Shown here: piece after piece, positions 1-11,371 of the stretch | How the letters are laid out: every line of letters begins with the position of its first letter | Numbering within the stretch: position 1 is the first letter of the stretch | Assembly: GCF_006345805.1 (NCBI RefSeq) | Contig: NC_043007.1 | Location: 28,768,001 to 28,832,000 of the forward strand | Origin: Octopus sinensis | Taxonomy: Eukaryota | Reading direction: 5' to 3' | Length of the DNA: 64,000 nt | Translations under genes and position numbers: made by a program | Notes under the pieces: model-generated | Told to the model about the DNA's origin: nothing | The model's input: the letters and a program-made list of their open reading frames with translations, nothing else | Databases searched by the model: none

Positions 1-262
1 TGTTGTTCTTGAACTGTGAAAATATGTAGAAGCTTTTCATAATGGCCTCTTATCAGTTTGAAAGATACTTCGATATGTTTCAACTTGCTACGAATCTGTT
101 TGATGGATCGTGTGTTGACGACTTGTGATGTTTTTCGGCAATCTCATTCAAACACAAGACATTTAGATTTTCTGTTTGGGAAAGAGAGAGCCATGTGTTA
201 ATTAAAACATCAATTTCGTTATCAGACCAATTTCGTCTGTTGCAGGCCTGCAAGTTAGTCAT
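1..262 (-). pseudogene. Myb/SANT-like (trihelix/MADF-type) DNA-binding domain ORF with a 1-nt frameshift, running off the window
   Basis: ATG at 262 gives MTNLQACNRRNWSDNEIDVLINTW...NEIAEK. One extra A in the A5 run (GAAAAAC) continues the frame as TSQVVNTRSIKQIRSKLKHIEVSFKLIRGHYEKLL. This matches the W-S/T-x2-E...W...R-S/T-x2-Q-x-R-x-K-x-K pattern of Myb/SANT-like domains (host genes or PIF/Harbinger ORFs). Confidence 0.6.
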
Positions 263-466
263 TTGTTTTTCTTTTGTTTGTTTTCCTTTTGATTTTTGAA
301 AATATATATTCTTTCTTGGGAGTTAAAGAAGTGTATATATATATAAATGTTCTCTCTTAAGGGTGTGAGTTTTTGATTATTTGGTTGTTTGAGGATATTA
401 AAAGAAAAACAGGTGTATATAACAATTTGTAGTTAAATGAAAACGTACTTACGGGTTTGTAGGCAA

Positions 467-607
467 ACATATATATATGTATGTATGTATATATATATAT
501 ATATGTGTATGTATGTATATATATATATATGTGTATGTATATATATGTGTATGTATGTATATATATATATATATGTATGTATGTATATATATATATATGT
601 ATGTATG

Positions 608-640
<33 letters not shown>

Positions 641-1107
641 ATATATATATATATGTATGTATATATATATATTATGTATGTATGTATATATATATGTATG
701 TATGTATATATATATATATGTATGTATGTATATATATATATATGTATGTATGTATATATATATATGTATGTATGTTATATATATATATGTATGTATGTAT
801 ATATATATATATGTATGTATGTAATATATATATATGTATGTATGTATATATATATGTATGTATGTATATATATATATGTATGTATATATATATATATGTA
901 TGTATGTATATATATATATGTATGTATATATATATATGTATGTATGTATATATATATATATATATATGTATGTATATATATATATGTATGTATGTATATA
1001 TATATATAGTATTTATGTATATATAATATATGTATGTATGTGTATGTATATATGTTATGGTATGTATGTATATATGTATGTATGTATGTATATATATATA
1101 ATGTATG

Positions 1108-1138
<31 letters not shown>

Positions 1139-1191
1139 ATATATGTATGTTGTATATATATATGTATATATAGATGTATGTATGTATATAT

Positions 1192-1222
<31 letters not shown>

Positions 1223-1454
1223 GTATGTATGTATATATATATATATAGTATGTATGTATATATATATATATATATGTATGTATATATATATATATATGTA
1301 TGTATGTTATATATATATATATATGTATGTATATATATATATATGTATGTATATATATATGTATGTATATATATATATATGTATGTATATATATATGTAT
1401 GTATGTATATATGTATGTATGTATGTATATATATATATATATATGTATGTATAT

Positions 1455-1491
<37 letters not shown>

Positions 1492-1940
1492 ATATATGTA
1501 TGTATATATATATATGTATGTATGTATATATATGTATGTATGTGTATGTGTGTATGTATGTATGTATGTATATGTATATATATGTATGTGTATATATATA
1601 TATGTATATATGTATGTATGTATGTATGTATGTGTATATATATGTACGTATGTATATATGTATGTATGTATGTGTGTATATATATGTACGTATGTATATA
1701 TGTATGTATGTATGTATGTATGTGTATATATATGTATGTATGTATATGTATGTATGTATGTGTATATATATGTATGTATGTATATGTATGTATGTATGTA
1801 TATATGTATGTATATGTATGTATGTATATATGTATGTATGTATATATGTATGTATGTGTATATGTATGTATGTGTATATGTATGTATGTATATATATATG
1901 TATGTATATATATATGTATGTGTATGTATTTATATGTATG

Positions 1941-1971
<31 letters not shown>

Positions 1972-2345
1972 GTGTATATATATATATATATATGAATGTA
2001 TATATGTATGTGTGTGTATGTATGTGTATGTATATATGTATGTATGTAAGTATATATATGTGTATGTATGTATATATATGTATGTGTATATGTATTTGTA
2101 ATTATATGTACGTATATATGTATTTGTAAATATATGTATATCTATTTTTGTGTATATATGTGTATATGTATGTATATATATGCATGTATATATATGTGTA
2201 TATGTATGTATATATATATATATGTGTGTATAAGTATGTATATATATATATATGTGTGTATAAGTATGTATATATATATATATGTGTGTATATGTATATG
2301 AATATATATATATGTATGCGTATATATATGTGTGTATATATGTAT
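467..2345. repeat. ~1.9-kb compound (TA)n/(TATG)n/(TG)n microsatellite
   Basis: Directly visible. It explains all the Y/I/M/V/C-only ORFs in the track. Confidence 0.98.
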
Positions 2346-2349
2346 GTAG

Positions 2350-2685
2350 CCCTGGTCGCTCTGTAGAAAAGGCGTTGGTAGAAACTCTATAAGATGTACC
2401 CAATGAAAGCTATGGACACATAAGAGGAGCAGCAATATCAAAGGAAGGCTAACTGGGAAGATAGTTTTTGTATGTGGCAAATGCTCATGAGTAATAAACT
2501 CTGTATGGTGCTTGTGTGCAAACAGCCATGCTACATGACAGTGAAGCCTGGGTTGTAACTGCTGAGGACATGCGTAGGCTTGAAATAAATGAAGCCGGTA
2601 TGATTGACTGGATGCGTAATGTCACTGTACATGTACGACAGAGTGTAAGTGCCCTGAGAGAAAAGTTGGACATAAAAATCTTACA
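2350..2685 (+). mobile_element. Decayed RTE LINE fragment (Cys-finger region joined by deletion to the C-terminal region)
   Basis: Contains ...GTAGAAACTCTATAAGATG...GGACACATAAGAGG...TGTGGCAAATGC and [18 protein letters not shown], homologous to 34330-34870. Confidence 0.85.
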
Positions 2686-2878
2686 GACTCCTGTTGGGAA
2701 GAAAGCATCTTTTCCTTAATCTTTCTCAAAAAAATATTTGTCTTTAAACAGAATATATGCACTTACAGAAGTAGATTGCACACAACTTCTGAATTTTAAA
2801 GCCTAAATTATTAGAATCCTTTACCTGTATTGTGATTTATATTAGAAAACAAACAAAATAGTGTTCATCTGAATTATC

Positions 2879-2884
2879 TTTATT
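2879..2884 (-). promoter_or_regulatory. Putative polyadenylation signal of the LOXHD1-like gene
   Basis: AATAAA on the minus strand ~85 nt after the stop, followed by a TTTTGTTTGTTTT U/GU-rich tract. Confidence 0.55.
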
Positions 2885-2967
2885 TAGAAAGCAAAAACTA
2901 CAAGTAAAATCTTGGTACAAAAGATTTCCTGGTAAGTTCCTTTCATAGGATTTTACCTGACCATTTT

Positions 2968-3146
2968 TCACTTGACCTTTGGTTGTAAAAATATTGATGT
3001 GGTTCCTTTTTTCTTGTCCAGCCAAGTTTTACAGGGGAATATTGATTTCTCCCGTGTGATTTTATTGATTATTTCAACACGATCCAAGAACCAACCGGAA
3101 CCAAAACCAGAACTGTCATGTTCAATGAAAAGACTTCGCAACTTAC
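2968..3146 (-). CDS. LOXHD1: LOXHD1-like terminal coding exon (second half of last PLAT, stop TGA)
   Basis: TTTTGCAG acceptor, phase 1. Reads (G)KLRSLFIEHDSSGFGSGWFLDRVEIINKITREKSIFPCKTWLDKKKGTTSIFLQPKVK*, with the PLAT HD..G...W.L..V and FPC..WL motifs. Confidence 0.92.
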
Positions 3147-4248
3147 CTGCAAAATGGAAAAATTATTATTTTTTTTTAAAGACATAAAGATAGAAAATAT
3201 AAAATGGTTATCTTAATTACAACATCCTTAATTCTAATTAGTGCCATCTTTTAAAAATGAAGTCTAAACATTTTTCACTCCCCCCCCTTCAATCTACCTC
3301 CTCCTCCTCCTCTCTAATGTTGCAGCCATCGAAGACATTTCTAAAGGGAAACTTTGGATGGGTTTCTTTCCGCAGAAGCAACGGATGACAGAGAAAATGT
3401 GGTGGTCTTCCGTTGTCTCGTTATGCTGGAGAGAGAAAGTAATTTACTAATGAAAGGCTCAGCTTATTGAAATGAAACCCAGTCTTTGCTTCCTTCTGAA
3501 TTGATTTTGTTGTGTCTAAGTTAGAAATTATGATCAGAGGTAAACTGCAGAATGGACATCTAGGAAGAGTCCAGGGTGATGGAGTTAGAGGAATGGGGCC
3601 CAGAATAGCGATCTGTTGATTGGTGGTGAAAGAAGACCCTATTCCAGTGGAGTGTAATGTTGAGAACTTTCATTCTTTGGTATCTGAAGAAATGCAAGCC
3701 TCTGCACTGTGGCCTATACAGAGCAAGTCAGGTGGAACGTAGAATGAAGGTGTTGAAGAGTTATGAGAGAGGGTTGAACCAGAAATGCATTTTGGATTTA
3801 TTCCAGGAAGTAAAAGACTGTAAGGTGGAGGCAGAGGTTGTAAGGGGTTTCAGATGAAGTTTAATTGGAGAGAAGCAATGGTTGGTTTGGGTAGTGATAT
3901 GAAAGTGTGACGGAGACAGGAAGAGTAGTGAGGTTATTAAAGGTCTCCACTATTTGTAGAAATGGGATTGAAGAGTAAATGAAGGTTTACCAATGGAGTG
4001 TCTGTTTACAGAGGGTAAGGATGGACGGAGGGGAAAAGATGAGTTGATGGGGGAAATATTGAAAAGCTGAAGGTGAGAGTAAAACCACGGGGAAGAGTGC
4101 ACTGTTTGTGTATCTAGATTTTTGTCACCAGAGACAAAAGACTCAATACATTTCAAGGAAATCAAGATACAGCCACACACATAAGTCTGTCCAGTTTATT
4201 TCTCCAGAGGGAAATTATGATGGCATTGCTTTCAGTACTGACCAGTTC

Positions 4249-4305
<57 letters not shown>

Positions 4306-4580
4306 CACGTTTGTAATCACCTACATGTTTCTACATACCACTAAATCAAAAGATTTCCACTTTAGAGACATCAGATATGTGGATATGATGAAAACTACCT
4401 GATGTCTCTAAAGTGTCAAAGTGTTTGAAATTTGATAAAATTGTCCACAGAAGGGATGTAAAGAATTTTTTTTAATAACTTATTTTCGAATTGCCTCTTG
4501 CTCTTGATATACTAAACATTGTATACAACAGGCATAAATTCAACATATTTGAACTCCGAACGTAACAGATGAAATATCTA

Positions 4581-4811
4581 TTTCTTTCCTACCCACAAGG
4601 GGCTAAACACAGAAGGGACAAACAAGGACAGACAAACGGATTAAGTCGATTATATCGACTCCCAGTGCGTAACTGGTACTTATTTAATCAACCCCAAAAG
4701 GATGAAAGGCAAAGTCGACCTCGGCAGAATTTGAACTCAGAATGTAGCGGCAGACGAAATACTGCTAAGCACTTTGCCTGGCGTGCTAACGTTTCTGCCA
4801 GCTCGCCACCT
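4581..4811 (-). mobile_element. tRNA-derived SINE, family A
   Basis: Minus strand begins GGTGGCGAGCTGGCAGAAACGTTAGC (A-box-like) and has GAGTTCAAATTC (B-box-like), then GTCGACTTTGCCTTTCATCC. Homologous to 26410-26640 and the 20.8-22.5 kb cluster. Confidence 0.85.
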
Positions 4812-5358
4812 TTGTTGGCTGGCTTCTTGGTAAAATTTAAGTAAAATCCATAGCATTTGCATGGAATGTGTTAATGAAAAGAATATTTAACACATTTCAT
4901 TTTTGGATTCTTTAACACAATATCAAAAAAAACTAGGAATAGACTTGATATGGTAAGCTATTGTAGTGAGGATGTTTTGTTTTGCCTTCTCAGAAAATAG
5001 ATTTCTGAATATAAATTTCGAGATGAAATTCAAAGAATGTTTAAGTGATTTCTGAAAATTTACCTAATTAATTGTAAATATTTCAGTTGGTAAATTTTAG
5101 CCCCATTCATCAATTTCTCATTAAAAATATTTAATAGAAGATAAATTGTTATTTTGGAGATAATATTTGTTAAAATATTTGTCGAGGTTTTGTTGTTTAT
5201 AAAATAGAAATATTTTTAAACTAAGAAAGAAATGAAGAAAATCAATGAAATTGAAAATATTTCTCTATTTCTAGAGGAATTGGTCTGAAGAAATAAAGCT
5301 GAGGTGTTTTGACTTGAACCCTTTTGTAGAAACTTAGAATTCTGACAATTGTACTCAC

Positions 5359-5547
5359 CCAATTCAAGACATTTGATAAAAAACGTGTCCTTCTGATTTC
5401 TCTCAAATAAATCCCTAAATCTTTGTTTCAATGGTTGCCTGCCTGTTTCTCCATTTTCTCCAAATATATTGAGGTAGACATTGGCATCTGTTCCTGCATG
5501 TTTTACATCTCCAGTGTATACTTGTATTTCATATGTGACCATCCCTC
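5359..5547 (-). CDS. LOXHD1: LOXHD1-like exon (first half of last PLAT)
   Basis: TTTCAG acceptor, GTGAGT donor, 189 nt, phase 1-1. Reads GMVTYEIQVYTGDVKHAGTDANVYLNIFGENGETGRQPLKQRFRDLFERNQKDTFFIKCLEL. Confidence 0.95.
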
Positions 5548-6199
5548 CTGAAATATAGGCAAATAAACTATTTGCTATCATTGCTGGGAGACAGTTAACC
5601 ATGTCAACATGTTGCTGAATCCATGCCCCAGTCCATCTAGCTGTAAATAGGCACCAGTGACTTAAATGTAGATGTGCAATTGACTCTTGCGTTCCTCTGG
5701 GGACATGTATCCCTTAACTACATCAAATGACATCATCACATGTAACACACACACACACATATATATCGCCATGTTGATTCGTTAGCTACTGCACGCATTT
5801 TTTTTCTCTCCTTTCTGTGTTTTTCTCTCTCTGTGTATCTTTCTGTTATATATCTGTCAGTTGCTCACCAAAAAGCATCTTCAATATAACAGAGTTGATA
5901 TACATTGGCAAGTAATATATTACTCGTTATGGTATATGACTGATTGCAGTGTTACTGTTGCATGCCAGATATTGCCACTGGACTCTGCTGATGACTCTTT
6001 CATGCCGGAGGTGGCCTGCTCCAAGTTGGTGGTTCAGTGGTGACAAAATTTAGTTAAAATATTTTGGGAGAGAAAGGAAGAGTTATCTGCCATCGATTGG
6101 TGTTCGCTAGAGGTGAAGTAAGCCGCGTGTGGCATGGCCATTGTCCTCCAGTTCAAAACTGGACACGACCGTGTTGCCAAAATGAATTTGAGAGTAGCA

Positions 6200-6419
6200 T
6201 TCTCTTTCTCTTTTCTCTCTTTTACTTGTTTCAGTCCTTTGACTGTGGCCATGCTGGAGCACCGCCTTTAGTCGAGCAAATCGACCCCGAGACTTATTCT
6301 TTGTAAGCCCAGTACTTATTCTATCAGTCTCTTGCCGAACCGCTAAGTGACGGGGACATAAACACACCAGCATCGGTTGTCAAGCAATGCGAGAGGGACA
6401 AACACAGACACACAAACAT

Positions 6420-6450
<31 letters not shown>

Positions 6451-6618
6451 CATATATACGACGGGCTTCTTTCAGTTTCCGTCAACCAAATCCACTCACA
6501 AGGCATTGGTCGGCCCGATGCTATAGCAGAAGACACTTGGCCAAGGTGCCACGCAGTGGGACTGAACCCGGAACCATGTGGTTGGTAAGCAAGCTACTTA
6601 CCACGCAGCCACTCCTGC
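6200..6618 (-). mobile_element. Full-length tRNA-derived SINE, family B (CORE-like centre, internal (TA)n)
   Basis: Head GCAGGAGTGGCTGCGTGGTAAG...GGGTTCAGTCCC (A/B boxes), then CACCTTGGCCAAGTG resembling the CORE/MIR motif, an internal microsatellite and a 3' region ending in AAAGAG repeats. Partial copies at ~43865-44030(+), ~55050-55150(+), ~60560-60730(-), 63945-64000(+). Confidence 0.85.
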
Positions 6619-7024
6619 ATTCCAAAATTTTGTTTTAAAAGTTCTAGAAGCTTCCAGATTTTGTGATTTTTTTTTTAGAATGGTTCATCTTTCTCCTAAA
6701 AAGAGTTTGAATCTCCTACTTCCATTAAGATATGCCCCAAGGAAAGAGATTCCAGGTGTGAAAGGAAAAACCTTGAATTAGAAGGCTTTAAAATAAGCAA
6801 AAACCAAAGTCTAAGTAAGCAAGAAAATGGTCCTCCTTAATATATAGGAAGGTGAAGAGAGAAATTGCCAATGCAAGAGGTGGACAAAATGTGCCAGAGA
6901 AATAAACACTAAGTACGACTGGTCGTCTATGCTCTCCCTCTCTCTCTCTCTCCCTTAGTTATGTTTGTGAGAAATAGATTTTCTCAGATGCTCAGGGTTT
7001 GTCTATTGGTAGTAGATAGTTTCT

Positions 7025-7400
7025 GTTACCTAGGCAACCTAATTAGCAGTGGAGAGGGATGTTCTGAAGTTATAATTGTTAGAGTAAGAATAGGACGGTG
7101 AAAGTCAAGGAGTTATTACCTCTGGGTCACAAAAAGAGTGAAAGGCAGATTATATGATGCTTGGATATAAACAGTAAATTTGCGTGGTGTTGAGACATGG
7201 ATGTTCAATGCAGAGGGAGAGACTAGAAAAGAATGAAGCTAATAAGTTCTGATGGCCATGCAACAGATACGTTGTGCTGGAGAGTATGGCTGAGTGAATC
7301 TGCATAAAGAAGTCCCAGGGTTGAAGGTGAAGGAGAGCAAGGAAAATATGAGAGAAGATATAAAGGGACTGAGATGCTTAGTGTTTTGCTGCACTCAATA
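7025..7400 (+). mobile_element. Old, highly decayed RTE C-terminal fragment
   Basis: Remnants of YLGNLISSG...VRVRIG...VKGRLYDA...ETW recognisable against 34555-34900. Confidence 0.55.
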
Positions 7401-8289
7401 AAATGCAACATTTTTAGTGAAAGCATTAGATATATGGCTATACACTCCCCAGGCCCCGTTCCTATCCTGTCCCCCACACGTCTAACAATAACACTATTCT
7501 TTCCCTTCATGCTACGAGTTACCTCCCCTTCACTCTGGACCCCCCCCCCCACACCTTCCAATTGCTCACCTTTTTCTCTACCTGTAGATATCTCTCTCCC
7601 TCCTCTCTAACACTTTCTCACAATTGCTATCATTCTTAACATACCTGCTGTCAATGCCACCCCCTCAACTATTGTGCCTCAGTCACTAAAGCCACCCCTA
7701 TATCCCTCAGGTCTCTTTATCTCTCTCCTCCGTTTCCTAATTAATCCACAGCCTCCTCTACTTTCTCCTCCTCTTCCTTAAGCTATTTCTTTTACCTTCT
7801 CCCTCACTATACTGATATTTACTATCGACCACACCCCCACCCTTGGGTTACATTCACTTCTACCCCCATCTGTCACCCTCCTTTCACATTTCTATGAACT
7901 TCTCACCCATACTGCTCCATCCTCAGTGTGTATCCTCTCTTATCCTCTCCTCGCACTATGGCAGTATATAGTCCAGCACATCATCAACATCTCTATCTTC
8001 TTCAGCAAAACACCTCTGCCTGTCCCTCTATCATACTTTCACCTCTCAAAACCTGGAATAAAGTCGCCTTCCCTGAGGAGGAGGCTTCTCTTTTCCTTGT
8101 CCTGTAGGTTACTGGGTAACCTTCACTTGCGCCGGTCTTGTGTAAACAGTACCCAGTACACTTGGTAGGATGCGAAGACAGGCATCTGGCATAGAAACCA
8201 TGTCAAAGCCAACATTGAAACTTGACACAGTCCTCTGGCTCTGTCAAACTGTCCCATCCAAGGAAAACAGACAGTAAGTGATGACAATA

Positions 8290-9420
8290 ACAGAGGAATT
8301 CAAGACAGGATGCCCCCTGGGAGCTCCTCAATGCTGACGACCTTGCTCTAATTGCTGAGTCACTATCAGAACTAGAGGAGAAGTTTCAAGTGTGGAAACA
8401 AGGATTAGAATCGAGGGTCTTAGAGTCAACCTAGCTAAAATCAAAGTCTTCATAAGTAGGAAGGTAGACAAACCACAAACCCCTTCAGGTAGGTGGCCCT
8501 GCTCAATCTGTAGAAAAGGCATAGGTAGAAACTCTGTAAGATGCACCAAGTGTAAGCTATGGACACACAAGAGGTGCAGCAATATCAAAGGAAGGCTAAC
8601 TGGGAAGATAGTTTTTGTGTGTGACAGATGCTCGGGAGCAATAAACACTAAAAATGTGGAGAGAACAATTTCTGCCACATTCCAGGGGGAAAAACTACAA
8701 GTAGTTGATAGCTTCCGTTACCTAGGTGACCAAGTCAGTAGTGGGGTGTGGATGTTCTGAAAGTGTAGCTGCTAGAATAAGAATAGCCTGGATAAAGTTC
8801 AGAGAGCTCCTACCTCTGCTAGTGACAAAGGGCCTCCCACTCACAGTGAAAGATAGACTGTATGATGCATGTGTACAAACAGCCATGCTACATGGGCCGT
8901 GACTGCTGAGGACATGTGTAAGCTCGCAAGGAATAAAGCCAGTATGATCCGATGGATGTGTAATGTCATTGTGCAGACATGACAGAGTGTAAGTACCTTG
9001 AGAGAAAAGTTGGGCATATGAAGCATCAGATGTGGTGAGAATGGATGAGGACAGCTGTGTGAAAAAGTGCTACACCCTAGATGTTGAGGGAACATGTGGA
9101 AGAGGTAGACCCAGGAAGACCTGGGATGAGGTGGTGAAGCATGACCTTCGAACATTAGGCCTCACCGAGGCAATGACTAGTGACCGACACTTTTGGAAAT
9201 ATGTTGTGCTTGAGAAGACCTGACAAGCCAAGTGAGAGACCATGGCCTATACCAGTGGGTGTAACCAGCCCACTTATGAATACCCGTCATTCATTGCACA
9301 ATAAAATTTGCTTACGAAGACCTATTGAGGCAAGTGAAATCAAAATTACTGATGTGGCCAATGACAGTACCGCCTGATTGGCACTCATGCCAGTGGAATG
9401 TTAAAAGCACCAGAATGGCG
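8290..9420 (+). mobile_element. 5'-truncated RTE LINE (end of RT, intact C4HC3 finger, C-terminus, part of 3' UTR)
   Basis: ORF 8392-8760 has NLAKIKV...WPCSICRKGIGRNSVRCTKCKLWTHKRC...CDRC...VDSFRYLG. ORF 9032-9223 has GRGRPRKTW. Confidence 0.92.
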
Positions 9421-10330
9421 TGCTTCTTCTTCATTTTTCCCACTCCAGAAAAATATGTATCCACCTTTACTTTCTTGTAACTGCGATGATGAGTGCAGCT
9501 ATGTCAATGTTGCATTTCTTTAGTTCAAGAGCAACCAGAGCTGTCTTTCCATTCTGGTGCTGAGTGACTTGTCTTGGAGAGTGTGCACATTCCAAGGGCC
9601 AAGGTTAATATTCTTAGTTTTCTTCATGTTTCGACTGTGTTACTGAATAACCAGACAGCTGCAGCAGGCTGACAAGTTCAAAGTGAGTAGGCAATGTTTA
9701 GGGCTCCTTTTCTTGCCCCTTCTCCTGTTGGGGAAAGCAGTGCTGTGTCTAAATAGATCTGCTTTGTCACCATTAGAAGACACAGCACAGTTACAAGTTC
9801 TGCGCTGGAACGGCTGTCACCCAATGGTCACTGAGTGTGTAGAGATCCTGCAAGAGACTTCCAGTAATATTCTTTACCTGTCCTTGCCACTTTCACTCTT
9901 TCACCAGAGGACTTGTTGAAGCTATGCCATATTAAATGAATAAATGTAAGTTGTCAGAAAACCCACACAAATGATTTGAGTGTTGAAGGCTTGTGTAGAA
10001 CCAGCCACACTTTTTGGAAGTGATGATAGCAAGACCCTGGTGCACATATGTGCCACAATACCAAGAACAACAAAACTCAGGCTTTTTCTTCAGAGATTTC
10101 CATCTCCTAGATGAGTCACTATGAATAACCAGACAGCTGCCTGGTCTGCCCCATGAGGTTGCTATTAGTTGCTCTTGTATGCCACTGGTAACATGTAACC
10201 CAGTACAACCTGTTACGTGGTTGGGTCATTGGTGACTAAACTGGCAAACTCCACCAAGCGCACTTGGTGAGGAGGCTGATAGTTGGATACCCTGCAGGAT
10301 GAAAAATAAAACCTGTTATAAAGGGCGGAG
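9420..10330 (-). mobile_element. Fragment of a second RTE (BovB-like) family: 5' region and APE endonuclease N-terminus
   Basis: Minus-strand remnants KNINLGPWNVHTLQD...KTALVALELKKCNIDIAAL...GYIFFWSG at ~9420-9630. Confidence 0.6.
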
Positions 10331-10367
10331 GAACTCATGAGTAGTCAACAGCCATCTGACTATATAT

Positions 10368-10881
10368 ATCATCATCATCATCGTTTAACGTCCACTTTCC
10401 ATGCTAGCATGGGTTGGACGATTTGACTGAGGACTGGCGAACCAGGTGGCTGCACCAGACTCCAGTCTGATCTGGCAGAGTTTCTACAGCTGGATGCCCT
10501 TCCTAACGCCAACCACTCCGAGAGTGTAGTGGCTGCTTTTACGTGCCACCAGCACGAGGGCCAGTCAGGCGGTACAGGCAACAGCCACGTTCAAATGGTG
10601 TTTTTTTTATGTGCCACCTGCACAGGAGCCAGTCCAGCGGCACTGGCAACGACCTCACTCGAATGTTTTTTCATGTGCCACCAGCACAAGTGCCAGTAAG
10701 GCGACGCAGGTAACAATCATGCCTGAATGTTGTTCTTTTTTTTTGCATGCCACCTGCATGGAGGCCAGCTTGTTGCTCTGGCAACGATCTCGCTCGTATG
10801 GTACTCTTAGCACTCCACTAACACGGATGCCAGTCATCGAATTTGATTTCGATCTCACTTGCCTCAAAAGGTCTTTGCAAG
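10368..10881 (-). mobile_element. RTE 3' UTR/tail fragment with (GAT)n tail
   Basis: Reverse complement of the LINE 3' end (…CCAACCCATGCTAGCATGGAAAGTGGACGTTAAACGATGATG). Shorter copies of the same 3' end at ~8170-8290, 23150-23280, 42105-42300, 46895-47058, 48990-49160, 59262-59440, 60751-60945. Confidence 0.85.
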
Positions 10882-11371
10882 CAGAGATTGGTGTCCAATA
10901 TATATACACACATACACATATGTGTATAATTTTTGCTTTTTACATATGTGTGTGTGTTTTTTTTTCCTGATGTATTTAATTCCATATATTAGGGGGCAGA
11001 TGGGGCTCCTTAACCATGGTGAAAGCATCCTATCTAGGAGAGGGGAAACTCTGGTTCAGATATATATATATATATATAAATGTGTGTGTGTGTGTGTGTA
11101 TTATTGTCTTCTTGCTGTGATGTAGTTGTAAATGAATGTCACCCATTGTGCAAGCAGGGTGTTTCCTCTCCAATCTTTTATAAAAAAAATTGTCAGGTTA
11201 TGGGGAAATATTACCTTATTTGGCAACAAATGAAGGCTACCTGGCCGTAGCAAATTAGCATTAACAAATGTGATCCAATCCAAAGAAAGCAAAGAAACAG
11301 AGAACATTAAATGATTTTGATGGATATATGTTTGTGTGTGTGTGTCACTGGGAATGGTGTGAGGTGGGGAA

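Noticed and set aside
437-2480. Long Y/I/M/V/C-rich ORFs (up to 431 aa)
   Set aside because: They are translations of TA/TG microsatellite, which lacks stop codons in several frames.
3500-4180. Purine-rich tract possibly from a Penelope/CR1-like element
   Set aside because: I could not recognise any diagnostic motif.
6430-6618. tRNA gene
   Set aside because: A/B boxes are present but there is no cloverleaf 3' half, and the sequence continues into a repeated SINE body.
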